Position numbers and translations under genes: made by a program
Shown: piece by piece, positions 50,989 to 59,293 of the stretch
How the letters are laid out: the number at the start of each line of letters is the position of its first letter
How positions within the stretch are numbered: the first letter of the stretch is position 1
Source: Patescibacteria group bacterium
GTDB lineage: Bacteria; Patescibacteriota; Patescibacteriia; Patescibacteriales; BM507
Length of the DNA: 64,000 bases
Assembly: GCA_027858235.1 (NCBI GenBank)
Contig: JAQIDC010000055.1
Coordinates: 29,826-93,825 of the forward strand
Reading direction: 5' to 3'
The notes under the pieces: model-generated
What the model was told of the DNA's origin: nothing
Seen by the model: the letters and a program-made list of their open reading frames with translations, nothing else
The model's database searches: none

Positions 50989-52761
50989 CTATCCTGTCCA
51001 ATAAAACATCATAATAGAAAAATCGGTCAAATCAACATTCCCTGAATCATTTTGATCTGCGCATGCATTGTCTGTATTCCACCAATAAAGCATAATAGAA
51101 AAATCGGTAATGTTTACCTTCCCATCGCCATTAAGATCTCCGTTGGCACACTCAGTTGTTTGTTCTTCTACCTGTTCACCTACTCCAATATTTATTATGC
51201 CCGAGAATTCCGAATAGCCTAAACCCTCCTTGTATGATCTGGCTTTTAATCTATATTGCCCGCCAAATGCTTCGTCCGTATTTAAGATAATATTCCAAAG
51301 ACCCAGAGAATCAACATCTGCTTGTTGTTTTATAATTTCCTCTTCTCTGAGAGCTCTTTCGAGATAGGGATAAAACCATACTTCTGTAAAAGTGCTGGCC
51401 GCCCCATAGCCGTGCAATGCCATTGAATTCCCTGGGTCAACTTCCATAATACTTGTATTGAGGGTTGGTGATATGAAAATATCTGAAACAGCTGATTTGG
51501 TCCCCTCTTCAACATAAAAGGTTGTGTTATAAGTTAATGAATTTTTTCCTTCACGATCAGCTGCCCAAATGCCAAAAGTATAAACTCCACGAGGAAGCTC
51601 ATCTATCCCAAGACTAAAAACCCCAACACTATTTGCTAAAACATTTTGACTGGCTACTCCATCGACTAGCAGATAAACTCTGCTGCCTGGGTATGCAAAG
51701 CCTGAAAACTCAACTGCCGGGTCAGCTAGAGGGACATCATATGGATCAAGTGTACCAGAAGTGACGCCTGTTCCTCCTCCGCCGCCACCATCAGTTCCGC
51801 CATCATCAACAAGTTCATCTCCAATGCCATCCTCTGTAGATGTAGAATCACTATCCCCTGTTCCAACTTCCCCCTCAACTGATTCAACATAAAAAAGAAT
51901 TACATAGTCATCAATATCATCAACAGCATATTGATCTCGACATCGTATATAATATGCATGAAAACCACCAGTAAGGGCTGTTAGAGTTTCTGAATGAAAA
52001 TAGTTCCCAGTATATCCAAAATCATCTGTCATTGAAGTAAAGGGAGTATTTGAAGCTGTCGAATAACGACAATCAGCACTATAATTGCTTACTAAAGACA
52101 TAATGGTTGAAACAGTTCCAAAAGCAAGTGTTCCCGAAGGAGAACCACGTGATCTTATTTTTGGCATATACGATGAAACTGTTACAGCCTCTACTATTGC
52201 TACCATTGGTTCTGCTCTATCTAGAAGATTATTAGAGCTATCAAAAGTTTCAACCTCAAGTCCATAGGAGCCTGCATCTCCTGGATTGATAATATATGTA
52301 TCTCCAAATTCTTCATGGACAGCAATGTCACCAATTTTTATTTGAACATAAGCTCCGGCTGGAATACCTAAATTATTTCGAAGGGTTATTTCAATCGCGG
52401 AGGTAGTTGCTGACCCTGTTATTGAAACTCCATCAGCGGTAAAAATAGGAAAAGAAAACAAATTTCTTTCAACATACCCAGTATCTCTATCTGTTGAAGT
52501 TGCTAAATCAATATCAGTATAATCAAGAGCAACTGGGATTAAAAAAAAGTTATCTTCTGGAGAAATTTTTATTTTCCCACTTGGCGGAATAGCTTCTGTT
52601 GTCCTAAATTTTATTGTATGATTTGCTTGATATCCTGGACGAGAAGTAGTAATATAGTCACTAATTTGTGTTAAATTTTTTGCTTCAATTTTAGGAGCAA
52701 CAGAAAAAACCATCACTGATAGCAATAAAATAATTTTAATTTTCCTATACAATTTATTCAC
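50989..52761 (-). CDS. Secreted chimeric protein: N-terminal domain of the 57742/59343 subunit family, Gly-rich linker, Ig-like domains, C-terminal dockerin
   Basis: The track start at 52848 is TTG and overlaps the upstream gene. GTG at 52761 gives VNKLYRKIKIILLLSVMVFSVAPKIEA, a clean signal peptide. ISDYITTSRPGYQANHTIKFRTT aligns with VSDTISTSAPTTLANHTVGFTT. C-terminus DLNGDGKVNITDFSIMLYWW...DQNDSGNVDLTDFSIMMFYWTG. Confidence 0.7.
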   Translation of the reverse strand: MNKLYRKIKIILLLSVMVFSVAPKIEAKNLTQISDYITTSRPGYQANHTIKFRTTEAIPPSGKIKISPEDNFFLIPVALDYTDIDLATSTDRDTGYVERNLFSFPIFTADGVSITGSATTSAIEITLRNNLGIPAGAYVQIKIGDIAVHEEFGDTYIINPGDAGSYGLEVETFDSSNNLLDRAEPMVAIVEAVTVSSYMPKIRSRGSPSGTLAFGTVSTIMSLVSNYSADCRYSTASNTPFTSMTDDFGYTGNYFHSETLTALTGGFHAYYIRCRDQYAVDDIDDYVILFYVESVEGEVGTGDSDSTSTEDGIGDELVDDGGTDGGGGGGTGVTSGTLDPYDVPLADPAVEFSGFAYPGSRVYLLVDGVASQNVLANSVGVFSLGIDELPRGVYTFGIWAADREGKNSLTYNTTFYVEEGTKSAVSDIFISPTLNTSIMEVDPGNSMALHGYGAASTFTEVWFYPYLERALREEEIIKQQADVDSLGLWNIILNTDEAFGGQYRLKARSYKEGLGYSEFSGIINIGVGEQVEEQTTECANGDLNGDGKVNITDFSIMLYWWNTDNACADQNDSGNVDLTDFSIMMFYWTG

Positions 52762-52783
52762 TCTGTAAAAAATATTTAATTTC

Positions 52784-53200
52784 CTAATTACTGACGTGTT
52801 GTCTCGGCATTGTATTGGACTTCTTTTTTCTCCGCCAATCCATAACAAAGTTAATCAAAATAAGTAAAAATAAAACAACTATTCCTATTATCATCCCCCA
52901 GATTACTTTATTTTGTAGGACTGAGCTTGCAGATTTCAAATCTGTTTCTCTTTTGTCTAATTGAGACTCTCTGGTGTTTAGCCAATCTTCCTTGTCCTTC
53001 AATTGAAGGGCCAGTGTATTCATCGGGTTTGGAGGGACAGAAGCTGAAGAGCCTATCCCAACCGCTCGGGAGAAATTTGCTCCCAAATATTTTGTATAAT
53101 CAATTGGACTAACACCGACAGTATGCAAAAACGAAAATAATATAAAAGAAAATAATAATATTCTAAATTTATGAATATGTTTTACAGTTTTTTTTAACAC
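52784..53200 (-). CDS. Small bitopic membrane protein with coiled-coil ectodomain (hypothetical)
   Basis: 138 aa with a GTG start. N-terminal helix FRILLFSFILFSFL, central coiled coil (QLKDKEDWLNTRESQLDKRETDLK), and C-terminal helix MIIGIVVLFLLILINFV. Confidence 0.4.
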   Translation of the reverse strand: MLKKTVKHIHKFRILLFSFILFSFLHTVGVSPIDYTKYLGANFSRAVGIGSSASVPPNPMNTLALQLKDKEDWLNTRESQLDKRETDLKSASSVLQNKVIWGMIIGIVVLFLLILINFVMDWRRKKKSNTMPRQHVSN

Positions 53201-53211
53201 AAATTTTAATT

Positions 53212-53336
53212 TAAATTCTAACCACTAAATTCTAAACAAATTCTAATTTTTAAAACCCAAATTTCTAAAGCTGTTTTGAATTTTAAATTTAATTTTTTGT
53301 ATTTATTTAGGATTTAGTTATTAGAGTTTAGAGTTT
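53212..53336. repeat. Long AT-rich intergenic palindrome (family copy)
   Basis: Left arm TAAATTCTAACCACTAAATTCTAAACAAATTCTAA..., centre AAAGCTGTTTTGAAT (53268..53282), and right arm ...TTTAGGATTTAGTTATTAGAGTTTAGAG. It ends 10 nt from the stop at 53346. Confidence 0.7.
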
Positions 53337-53345
53337 TTTATCTAT

Positions 53346-54185
53346 TTACTTCACGCATCTAAATCCAACACCAATACCAATATAGGAAGGCTGGGAAACC
53401 AAATATGCAGAATATACTCCTGCCTCTTCTTCATTTGAATAAAAACCACCACGAGCAACTCCTCTCACTCCAGTGTTTTTAATCCAGAAATAATCATTTT
53501 TATAATTATCACTAGGGCTATCACTAATTTCAATTGCTATTCCATCAGCATTAGCTTCATATACAAAACCTTGACTAGGGAGTATTTCACCATTCAATTT
53601 TCCGTCACTTATCGTTTCGTCTGTCCACTCCCAAACATTCCCGATCATATCAAAAGCACCAAAAGAAGAAACACAAGTCTCACCACTACCAGTAAGCCCT
53701 GGTTGGTTCTTCCAGTTTTCCGCTACCTGGCAATCGCTAGTTAGCCACAATGAATTCTTATCTGGTGTCCCCAGTGAAGCGCTTAGCCATTCTTTATTAG
53801 AAGGAAGTCTTTTCCCGGCACGTGCGCAAGCCTCTCTGGCTTGGGTTTGAGAAATATAAACCCAAGGGATAGCTCCTTCAGCTGAGGCTGGTTTACAATC
53901 AGCATTTGTCATATTAAGTCTAGAATCTCTTTGACTACCAGTATCTTTGTTTGGACAACCATTTCCAGCTGATGCTTCATATTTATCAATACAAAAACCA
54001 CCACCAGAGGAAGGGATATAGGCCATATCAGAAGGACAAAGAGAAGATTCTTTCTCACCACCCAAAAGTGAATCGCTTGCTTTAATCCCAGCGGTCGCTA
54101 AAACAACCGCTAAAACAGAAATAATAATTTCTCTTTTCCCAATAAAGCTCTTTTTCTTTTTTGTTAAATCTATTGTTTGCGACAT
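53346..54185 (-). CDS. N-terminally anchored FGE/SUMF1-domain (C-type-lectin-fold) protein
   Basis: 279 aa. TM IIISVLAVVLATAGI. Motifs FCIDKYEAS, RLPSNKEWLSAS, GNVWEWTDE, ARGGFYS and GFRCVK are the hallmark blocks of the formylglycine-generating-enzyme fold. Confidence 0.75.
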   Translation of the reverse strand: MSQTIDLTKKKKSFIGKREIIISVLAVVLATAGIKASDSLLGGEKESSLCPSDMAYIPSSGGGFCIDKYEASAGNGCPNKDTGSQRDSRLNMTNADCKPASAEGAIPWVYISQTQAREACARAGKRLPSNKEWLSASLGTPDKNSLWLTSDCQVAENWKNQPGLTGSGETCVSSFGAFDMIGNVWEWTDETISDGKLNGEILPSQGFVYEANADGIAIEISDSPSDNYKNDYFWIKNTGVRGVARGGFYSNEEEAGVYSAYLVSQPSYIGIGVGFRCVK

Positions 54186-54201
54186 CTCTTTTGTCTATTT
54201 T

Positions 54202-55320
54202 TTATTTATTTTTTTCCTGTTCTGAATTTGTCGAAGAATTATTAATTATCTCTTTTAAATCAACTACGTCACTCCTATTATTCTTTTTTTTCATTGGGGT
54301 TTGTGTTATTTTTTCCTCTCCTGCTTGCCCTGAGCTTATTGAAGGGTGCTGAGCTTTTATTCTCTCTATTTCTTTTTGATTTTGTCTAATTGTTTTTCTG
54401 ATATAAAACTTAATCATTAAAAAAATTAACAATAAAAATCCTAATATACTTCCCAAAACTATAGAAACAATTTTAAAATCTATATACCAGAAATAAAATG
54501 TCCTAGTATCAACTTCGGTTGTTTGCTCTCCATAATGGACAGTGATAACGGCATTGTATTTCCCCATTTTAAAAATTCCTGATTCACCTTCCCACGAAAA
54601 ATCCCAAGATTTTGTGCTCTTCGGCAAGACATTTCCGTAGGCTGTGTCTTTGTTTATATCAATAACATCTTTTTCGTTACCAAACATATCCTTGATTACA
54701 ATATTGCCTTTCGGTTGCAAATGAACATTACCTGTATTTTCAAATCGGAGCTTAAAATTGACCTTCGGCTCTTTATAATAAGTTTTATTGGTGCTAAATT
54801 CTCTTATCTTTCCTTCCTCAATAACATCCCCAGAGATATTTACTAAAATAAGTGAAGATATCATTGAAGAAATACTTAATCCTGAACCATAAATATCCTC
54901 ATTTGGTTTAGTCCCTACCAATACAGCCGCATAATGCCCTCCTGGTTCTGCCGTTTCTGGAACTTCAATTTCAAAAGGTATTTCAACGCTACCATAAGGT
55001 GCTATTTCAAAAGGACCATCTTGAATATCCATCCATTGTCTCAAAAACCCAGATTTACTCCCCTCTCCTTCTGACTCTTCATTTGAGATTAATTCAACTC
55101 CTCCCTCTGTGCTACTTCTAAAATCTTTTATATCAGTATATACAACCAGCTTTTCTTTATTATTGTTAACGAGCTTTACTGTGCTAAGCCATCTCTCCCC
55201 AGGATTCATATTATTTTTTATGAGAGGTGGAGTTAAGGTCATTTTCAAACTATCCTCTTGAGCAAGGACAGCAGAAGAAAAAAACAAAGACAGAATTATT
55301 ATAAATAGATATTTTTTCAT
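54202..55320 (-). CDS. DUF916/DUF3324-like surface protein with C-terminal TM anchor (paralog 1 of 3)
   Basis: 372 aa with a signal peptide. Contains PGGHYAAVLVGTKP and ENTGNVHLQPKGNIVIKDMFGNE. C-terminal helix IVSIVLGSILGFLLLIFLMI plus a cytoplasmic tail. Confidence 0.5.
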   Translation of the reverse strand: MKKYLFIIILSLFFSSAVLAQEDSLKMTLTPPLIKNNMNPGERWLSTVKLVNNNKEKLVVYTDIKDFRSSTEGGVELISNEESEGEGSKSGFLRQWMDIQDGPFEIAPYGSVEIPFEIEVPETAEPGGHYAAVLVGTKPNEDIYGSGLSISSMISSLILVNISGDVIEEGKIREFSTNKTYYKEPKVNFKLRFENTGNVHLQPKGNIVIKDMFGNEKDVIDINKDTAYGNVLPKSTKSWDFSWEGESGIFKMGKYNAVITVHYGEQTTEVDTRTFYFWYIDFKIVSIVLGSILGFLLLIFLMIKFYIRKTIRQNQKEIERIKAQHPSISSGQAGEEKITQTPMKKKNNRSDVVDLKEIINNSSTNSEQEKNK

Positions 55321-56349
55321 TTATTTTGATTTTAAATTTATTATTTTTTCCTCCTTGCTTCCTTCTTTTATAACCTTTATTCTTTCGGGCATTGCCTTGC
55401 TTTCGGAGTGTTTGTAATGATATGTTCTTTTAAAAATAAGCGCACTTAAAAGAATTATAAAAAGTGAAATTCCTATTCCAAAAAAAAGCAAGAAAGGAAG
55501 AGTCGCTACAATAACATAAACAGTATCTTGAATCTCTTTTGAAATTTTTTCTCCATATTCAATTTCCATTCTAGCTTTATATTTTCCGGTTTTTAGATTA
55601 TTATTCCCCCTAAGTTCAAGAGTAAAAATTTTGCCAGCTGCAGCAGTTTTAAATTCTGGATTTATACTGATAATATCTACCTCTTCACCTCTCTTATTAT
55701 ACAAATAAACATTCCCTTTCGGGGCCAAGTCAACATTGCCTGAATTATTTAGTTCCAAAAATAAAACTGGCCTAGGGTCAATAAATATTTTTTTACTTGG
55801 ATAATATTTTAATATACTAGCCTTTTCAATCGTCTGATCTTCAACTTTTAAATTAATAAAAAGTTTTGGCGGACTTGTTTTGACTGCATTTTCTTCAGCT
55901 TCCACCCGATGGGCTCCATGGGCAAAGGTGATACTTACAAAATATTCATCAGGGATAGCATCATGGCTTACATCAATTTTAATTGGCAGGGTATATTCTT
56001 CTCCAGGGGATATGTCAATGGCATTTCTCTTAATACTTATCCATTTAGTCATTAAATATTCTCTATCGAGCAATCCTTCTGAGATTTTTTTTTCACCTTC
56101 GTCCAAGTCTTCGAGTAAGGGATAAATATTTAACTTATGCGTGGTGTTATTTTTTAAAACTACACTATATTCAAGCATTGCTCTTGGGGCAACTGAATCA
56201 TCAATAACCTTTGGTTCTAATGATAGATCTCCCTCTTTTTGGGCATGGGCAATGTTACAAAGTAAAGAAGGTGAATCACAATATGAGAGAAGCCGACCTG
56301 GGGCAAAAGAAAATACAAATATAATTATAATAATAAATATTTTTTTCAT
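55321..56349 (-). CDS. DUF916/DUF3324-like surface protein with C-terminal TM anchor (paralog 2 of 3)
   Basis: The ATG at 56349 (MKKIFIIIIIFVFSF) is preferred over the TTG at 56361. Contains NNSGNVDLAPKGNVYLYNKRGEE and C-terminal helix LPFLLFFGIGISLFIILLSALIF. The stop abuts the next start. Confidence 0.5.
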   Translation of the reverse strand: MKKIFIIIIIFVFSFAPGRLLSYCDSPSLLCNIAHAQKEGDLSLEPKVIDDSVAPRAMLEYSVVLKNNTTHKLNIYPLLEDLDEGEKKISEGLLDREYLMTKWISIKRNAIDISPGEEYTLPIKIDVSHDAIPDEYFVSITFAHGAHRVEAEENAVKTSPPKLFINLKVEDQTIEKASILKYYPSKKIFIDPRPVLFLELNNSGNVDLAPKGNVYLYNKRGEEVDIISINPEFKTAAAGKIFTLELRGNNNLKTGKYKARMEIEYGEKISKEIQDTVYVIVATLPFLLFFGIGISLFIILLSALIFKRTYHYKHSESKAMPERIKVIKEGSKEEKIINLKSK

Positions 56350-56353
56350 GTTC

Positions 56354-57466
56354 TTAAGCAAAGACTATTAAATAAACTATTCCTATCAAAAGAATTACCG
56401 AAATTACAACCACTGAAACAATTAATACAAGATGAGTGGTTGGAGATGGCCCTTCATATGTTTTTACATATTTAACTTCAGCCAAACCAGCCACCTCCAT
56501 CGCTTTTTTAATAGCTTTGTTTTTATACATTCTTAAAAGAAGCCAAATGATAATAGCGAGGAATATTATTGCAGTCACAATGGCAGAAATAATTTTCCAG
56601 GGTAAAATCCAAAAAGATCGTTCAGCATAAAGAGTCTGCATCCCTTGTCCACCCATCCCCGTTGGAGTCCCGTAAGTTAGGCCCAGAGTTGCGGTATATC
56701 TACCAACGGCCATATCACCTATCCAATTATGTTCAAATCTTCTAAAAGTTTTTGGCAAAATATTGGAAACCTTTTCGTTAAATATTATTTCTTCTACTGT
56801 TTTTCCTATTTGATTTTTAATCGTGATTGTGCCAACTGGGGCTCCGTGAACATTCCCTTTGTTTTCAAGTCTACTAGTAAACTTAATATCAAAAGGAGTA
56901 TTATAATACTCCTTGTCAGTGCTAAATTCTCTAACAGTTATCTCTTCATTGGCATCGCCTTTTACTTGAAATAATATCAGGGTTGCAGCCTGTTGTCCTA
57001 TAGACATTCCCGCTCCTCTATTTTCAGAGTCTTGTTTAAACTCAGGCGGTTTTGTTCCGAAAACTACAGCACCATAATACCCCCCAGGTCCAACTTCCAT
57101 TGGGACTCTGACAAAAAATGGGATATCCTTTGATTCATTTGGCAAAAATGAAATTCCGCTGGTAGCTACCTCAATCCAAGAAGCCAGAAAAGAACCGCTC
57201 TCACTACCTGGTTCAATAAGTTTAGCTTGACCTAATTCTCCCTCAGCCTTAAAATCTCTTAAAAAAACAAATATTTCTCTTGGAGCCTCTGATTCATTTG
57301 TGACTGTAACAAACTTTGAAATAACTTGCCCAGGATCAACCAAGTCTTCAATTCTTACTGGCGATATTTTTATTCCATCTTCACTTTGAGCAAAAACTTT
57401 TTGGCCTAAAAAAAATGAAAAGAGAAAAGATAAAACAAAAAATGCTACAAAATACTTTTTAGTCAT
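56354..57466 (-). CDS. DUF916/DUF3324-like surface protein with C-terminal TM anchors (paralog 3 of 3)
   Basis: 370 aa. Signal peptide ...VFAQSEDGIKISPVRIEDLVDPGQ. Contains PGGYYGAVVFGTKP and ENKGNVHGAPVGTITIKNQIGKT. Two C-terminal helices. Confidence 0.5.
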   Translation of the reverse strand: MTKKYFVAFFVLSFLFSFFLGQKVFAQSEDGIKISPVRIEDLVDPGQVISKFVTVTNESEAPREIFVFLRDFKAEGELGQAKLIEPGSESGSFLASWIEVATSGISFLPNESKDIPFFVRVPMEVGPGGYYGAVVFGTKPPEFKQDSENRGAGMSIGQQAATLILFQVKGDANEEITVREFSTDKEYYNTPFDIKFTSRLENKGNVHGAPVGTITIKNQIGKTVEEIIFNEKVSNILPKTFRRFEHNWIGDMAVGRYTATLGLTYGTPTGMGGQGMQTLYAERSFWILPWKIISAIVTAIIFLAIIIWLLLRMYKNKAIKKAMEVAGLAEVKYVKTYEGPSPTTHLVLIVSVVVISVILLIGIVYLIVFA

Positions 57467-57654
57467 TTCAAAAAAATAGTTACACTCAAAAATAAGCTAA
57501 TAACAAGTGAAAAAATATATATTTCCTTCGAGTTAGCCCCTTAAAATAAATGTAAATATATTAATAATTTATTATATAATTTATCTATATTTTACCAATT
57601 TTTAGCCATTTTTACAAACGACTAAACATGCAACAAAATTCCGAATTCCGCATT

Positions 57655-57689
57655 ATAAAAAAATCGGACTATTATAGTCCGATTTTTTT
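57655..57689 (-). terminator. Bidirectional rho-independent terminator downstream of 57742..58782
   Basis: Stem ATCGGACTA pairs with TAGTCCGAT (57663..57683), flanked by an A-run and a T-run. Confidence 0.65.
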
Positions 57690-57690
57690 A

Positions 57691-57736
57691 TGTTACACGT
57701 TATGTGTTACTTGTTCTGTGTTACATGTTATGTGAT
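57691..57736. repeat. Tandem GTTACAYGTTATG-type units (3 copies) immediately 3' of the stop at 57742
   Basis: TGTTACACGTTATG TGTTACTTGTTCTG TGTTACATGTTATG. The same unit recurs at 59294..59320 after the paralog's stop. Confidence 0.7.
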
Positions 57737-57741
57737 ATCAA

Positions 57742-58782
57742 CTAATAAGTTGGAGTCGCAATATAAGTTAATGTAGTACTATAATCACCTGCTTCTTGCA
57801 AAGCATCGATTTCAACTGAATATGCTATATTGGATAAACCTTTATCGGCTGTTCCACTTGAAGATGGACCATCGTGAGCCATAATAACAGACGATGTACC
57901 AACTGATAATCCGGTATAAAATCCATTAGTATAATTGACCACGCCATTGAGTCCATCACTATCATCAGTTGCAACACCAATGTGCCCCCAAGTAGTTATG
58001 TCAGCTAAGTCTCCAGTCGGAGATGCCCAATCTGTTGGGGTGGTGGTTGCCGAACCTTCAACAAAACTATCAATGATAGCCCCCGCTGCAGTTCTGAAGT
58101 CATCATTTTGGGTTACAGTTACCTGGAAACCAGCAGATGCATTTGTTGTTACTCCTAGTTGTTGACCAACAACATACTGTGTCCCTGGCAAAATATCACC
58201 AAAAGGAGTTGTTGTTGCAGTTGAGGTTGCTGTAATCGTGTCTCCGTTTACCGTTTGACCAGCATCTACACCTGCAACTGCAAATGTTAGAGTTGAGTCA
58301 ACGTGAGCAGTAACAGTTACGGTATCAATAATAGCAATTTTTACTATTGATGATTCTTGTAAGACATCAGTGCTAAGGTATGTTCTAACCTCAATGTCGT
58401 AAATTCCTGCTGTAGGATTTGTGACAGCATCCACTAGAAAGGTGTATGGAGTAGAACTAGCAAGAACACCAGTAAAGGTACATCTTGCAATTTCTGTTGA
58501 TTGCACACTTTTTGTAGTGGTTGCTGTTGCTGGACAAGTGATATTGTCAACAAGAACATTTCCAAAAGTAGCGGGTACTTCAACTTCAACATAGCCACCA
58601 GCATCAAGATCAACGCCTGTTGTGAAACCAACAGTATGATTAGCTAGAGTAGTTGGAGCTGAAGTTGAGATTGTATCACTAACGGCCGATAGTGATGCAG
58701 CCTGAACCATCGGGATGTAAGCGTATGACGACATCATTGAAAATACAACAATAAGCGTCAGTACTTTTCTTAATTTTTTCAT
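57742..58782 (-). CDS. Secreted subunit-like protein (T/A/V/G-rich) sharing the C-terminal domain of giant protein 2; ends ...QEAGDYSTTLTYIATPTY
   Basis: The ATG at 58782 (MKKLRKVLTLIVVFSMM...VQAAS) matches the paralog's start, whereas the track start at 58839 is TTG. The N-terminal domain is shared with 50989..52761. The C-terminal roughly 190 aa are shared with 59343..60437 and 61083..64000. Confidence 0.6.
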   Translation of the reverse strand: MKKLRKVLTLIVVFSMMSSYAYIPMVQAASLSAVSDTISTSAPTTLANHTVGFTTGVDLDAGGYVEVEVPATFGNVLVDNITCPATATTTKSVQSTEIARCTFTGVLASSTPYTFLVDAVTNPTAGIYDIEVRTYLSTDVLQESSIVKIAIIDTVTVTAHVDSTLTFAVAGVDAGQTVNGDTITATSTATTTPFGDILPGTQYVVGQQLGVTTNASAGFQVTVTQNDDFRTAAGAIIDSFVEGSATTTPTDWASPTGDLADITTWGHIGVATDDSDGLNGVVNYTNGFYTGLSVGTSSVIMAHDGPSSSGTADKGLSNIAYSVEIDALQEAGDYSTTLTYIATPTY

Positions 58783-58913
58783 GGGAATTGAAAATATTAA
58801 TTTTTTAATTTTTTTGTTTAAAAACAAGCTTGTTTTCAATTGTCTATTTTACCGAGTCGACCTTTTGCCGCATGGGGATCACGAAGCAGGCTCAGTCCAA
58901 AACAATTATTGTT

Positions 58914-58922
58914 ATTATAACA
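58914..58922 (-). promoter_or_regulatory. Extended -10 box TGTTATAAT (minus strand) for 57742..58782
   Basis: Plus-strand ATTATAACA. It implies a leader of about 125 nt to the ATG at 58782. Confidence 0.45.
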
Positions 58923-59049
58923 TGTTTTTAACATTTTATTAACCGCTTGCGCACAAAGATAAATTTTTTATAAAATTTTATAAAAATACTTCATATTAGC
59001 TCATTTTTATTGGTTATAAAATTTATATATTGCTAATATAAACCAAAAT

Positions 59050-59088
59050 AAAATATCCTGTGGAAAAAGTTTATCCACAGGATATTTT
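59050..59088. other. Perfect 15-bp stem hairpin in the intergenic region
   Basis: AAAATATCCTGTGGA (59050..59064) pairs with TCCACAGGATATTTT (59074..59088) around a 9-nt loop. Confidence 0.7.
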
Positions 59089-59099
59089 ATTGTTATTTT

Positions 59100-59195
59100 A
59101 AAAACACACCCCGTCAGCAAAGCTGCCACCCCTCTCAAGAGGGGATTTTTATTCCCCTCTTGAGAGGGGTGGCACGAAGTGACGGGGTGTGTTTT
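59100..59195. repeat. 95-bp GC-rich near-perfect palindrome (REP/MITE-like or strong bidirectional terminator)
   Basis: AAAACACACCCCGTCA pairs with TGACGGGGTGTGTTTT (16 bp). TGCCACCCCTCTCAAGAGGGGA pairs with TCCCCTCTTGAGAGGGGTGGCA (22 bp) around the loop TTTTTAT. Each arm also contains its own CCCCTC/GAGGGG mini-hairpin. Confidence 0.8.
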
Positions 59196-59253
59196 ATAGA
59201 AAAATAAATAATTAAAAGACTCTAAATCAAATTCAGAATGACTTAGATAAAAT

Positions 59254-59287
59254 ACAAAAAAACTAGACCCCCAGTAGAGGTCTAGTT
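59254..59287 (-). terminator. Rho-independent terminator downstream of 59343..60437
   Basis: Stem ACTAGACC (59262..59269) pairs with GGTCTAGT (59279..59286), followed on the minus strand by TTTTTTGTATTTT. Confidence 0.6.
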
Positions 59288-59293
59288 TATATT

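Noticed and set aside
52762-52848. TTG-initiated 5' extension of the dockerin gene overlapping 52784..53200
   Set aside because: The extension (MLWIGGEKRSPIQCRDNTSVIRKLNIFYR) precedes the real signal peptide and overlaps the upstream gene by 65 nt. The GTG at 52761 gives a canonical signal peptide.
53349-53480. Calling a diversity-generating retroelement on the FGE-fold protein
   Set aside because: No template repeat and no reverse transcriptase were found anywhere in the 64 kb. It is kept only as a hypothesis to test outside the window.
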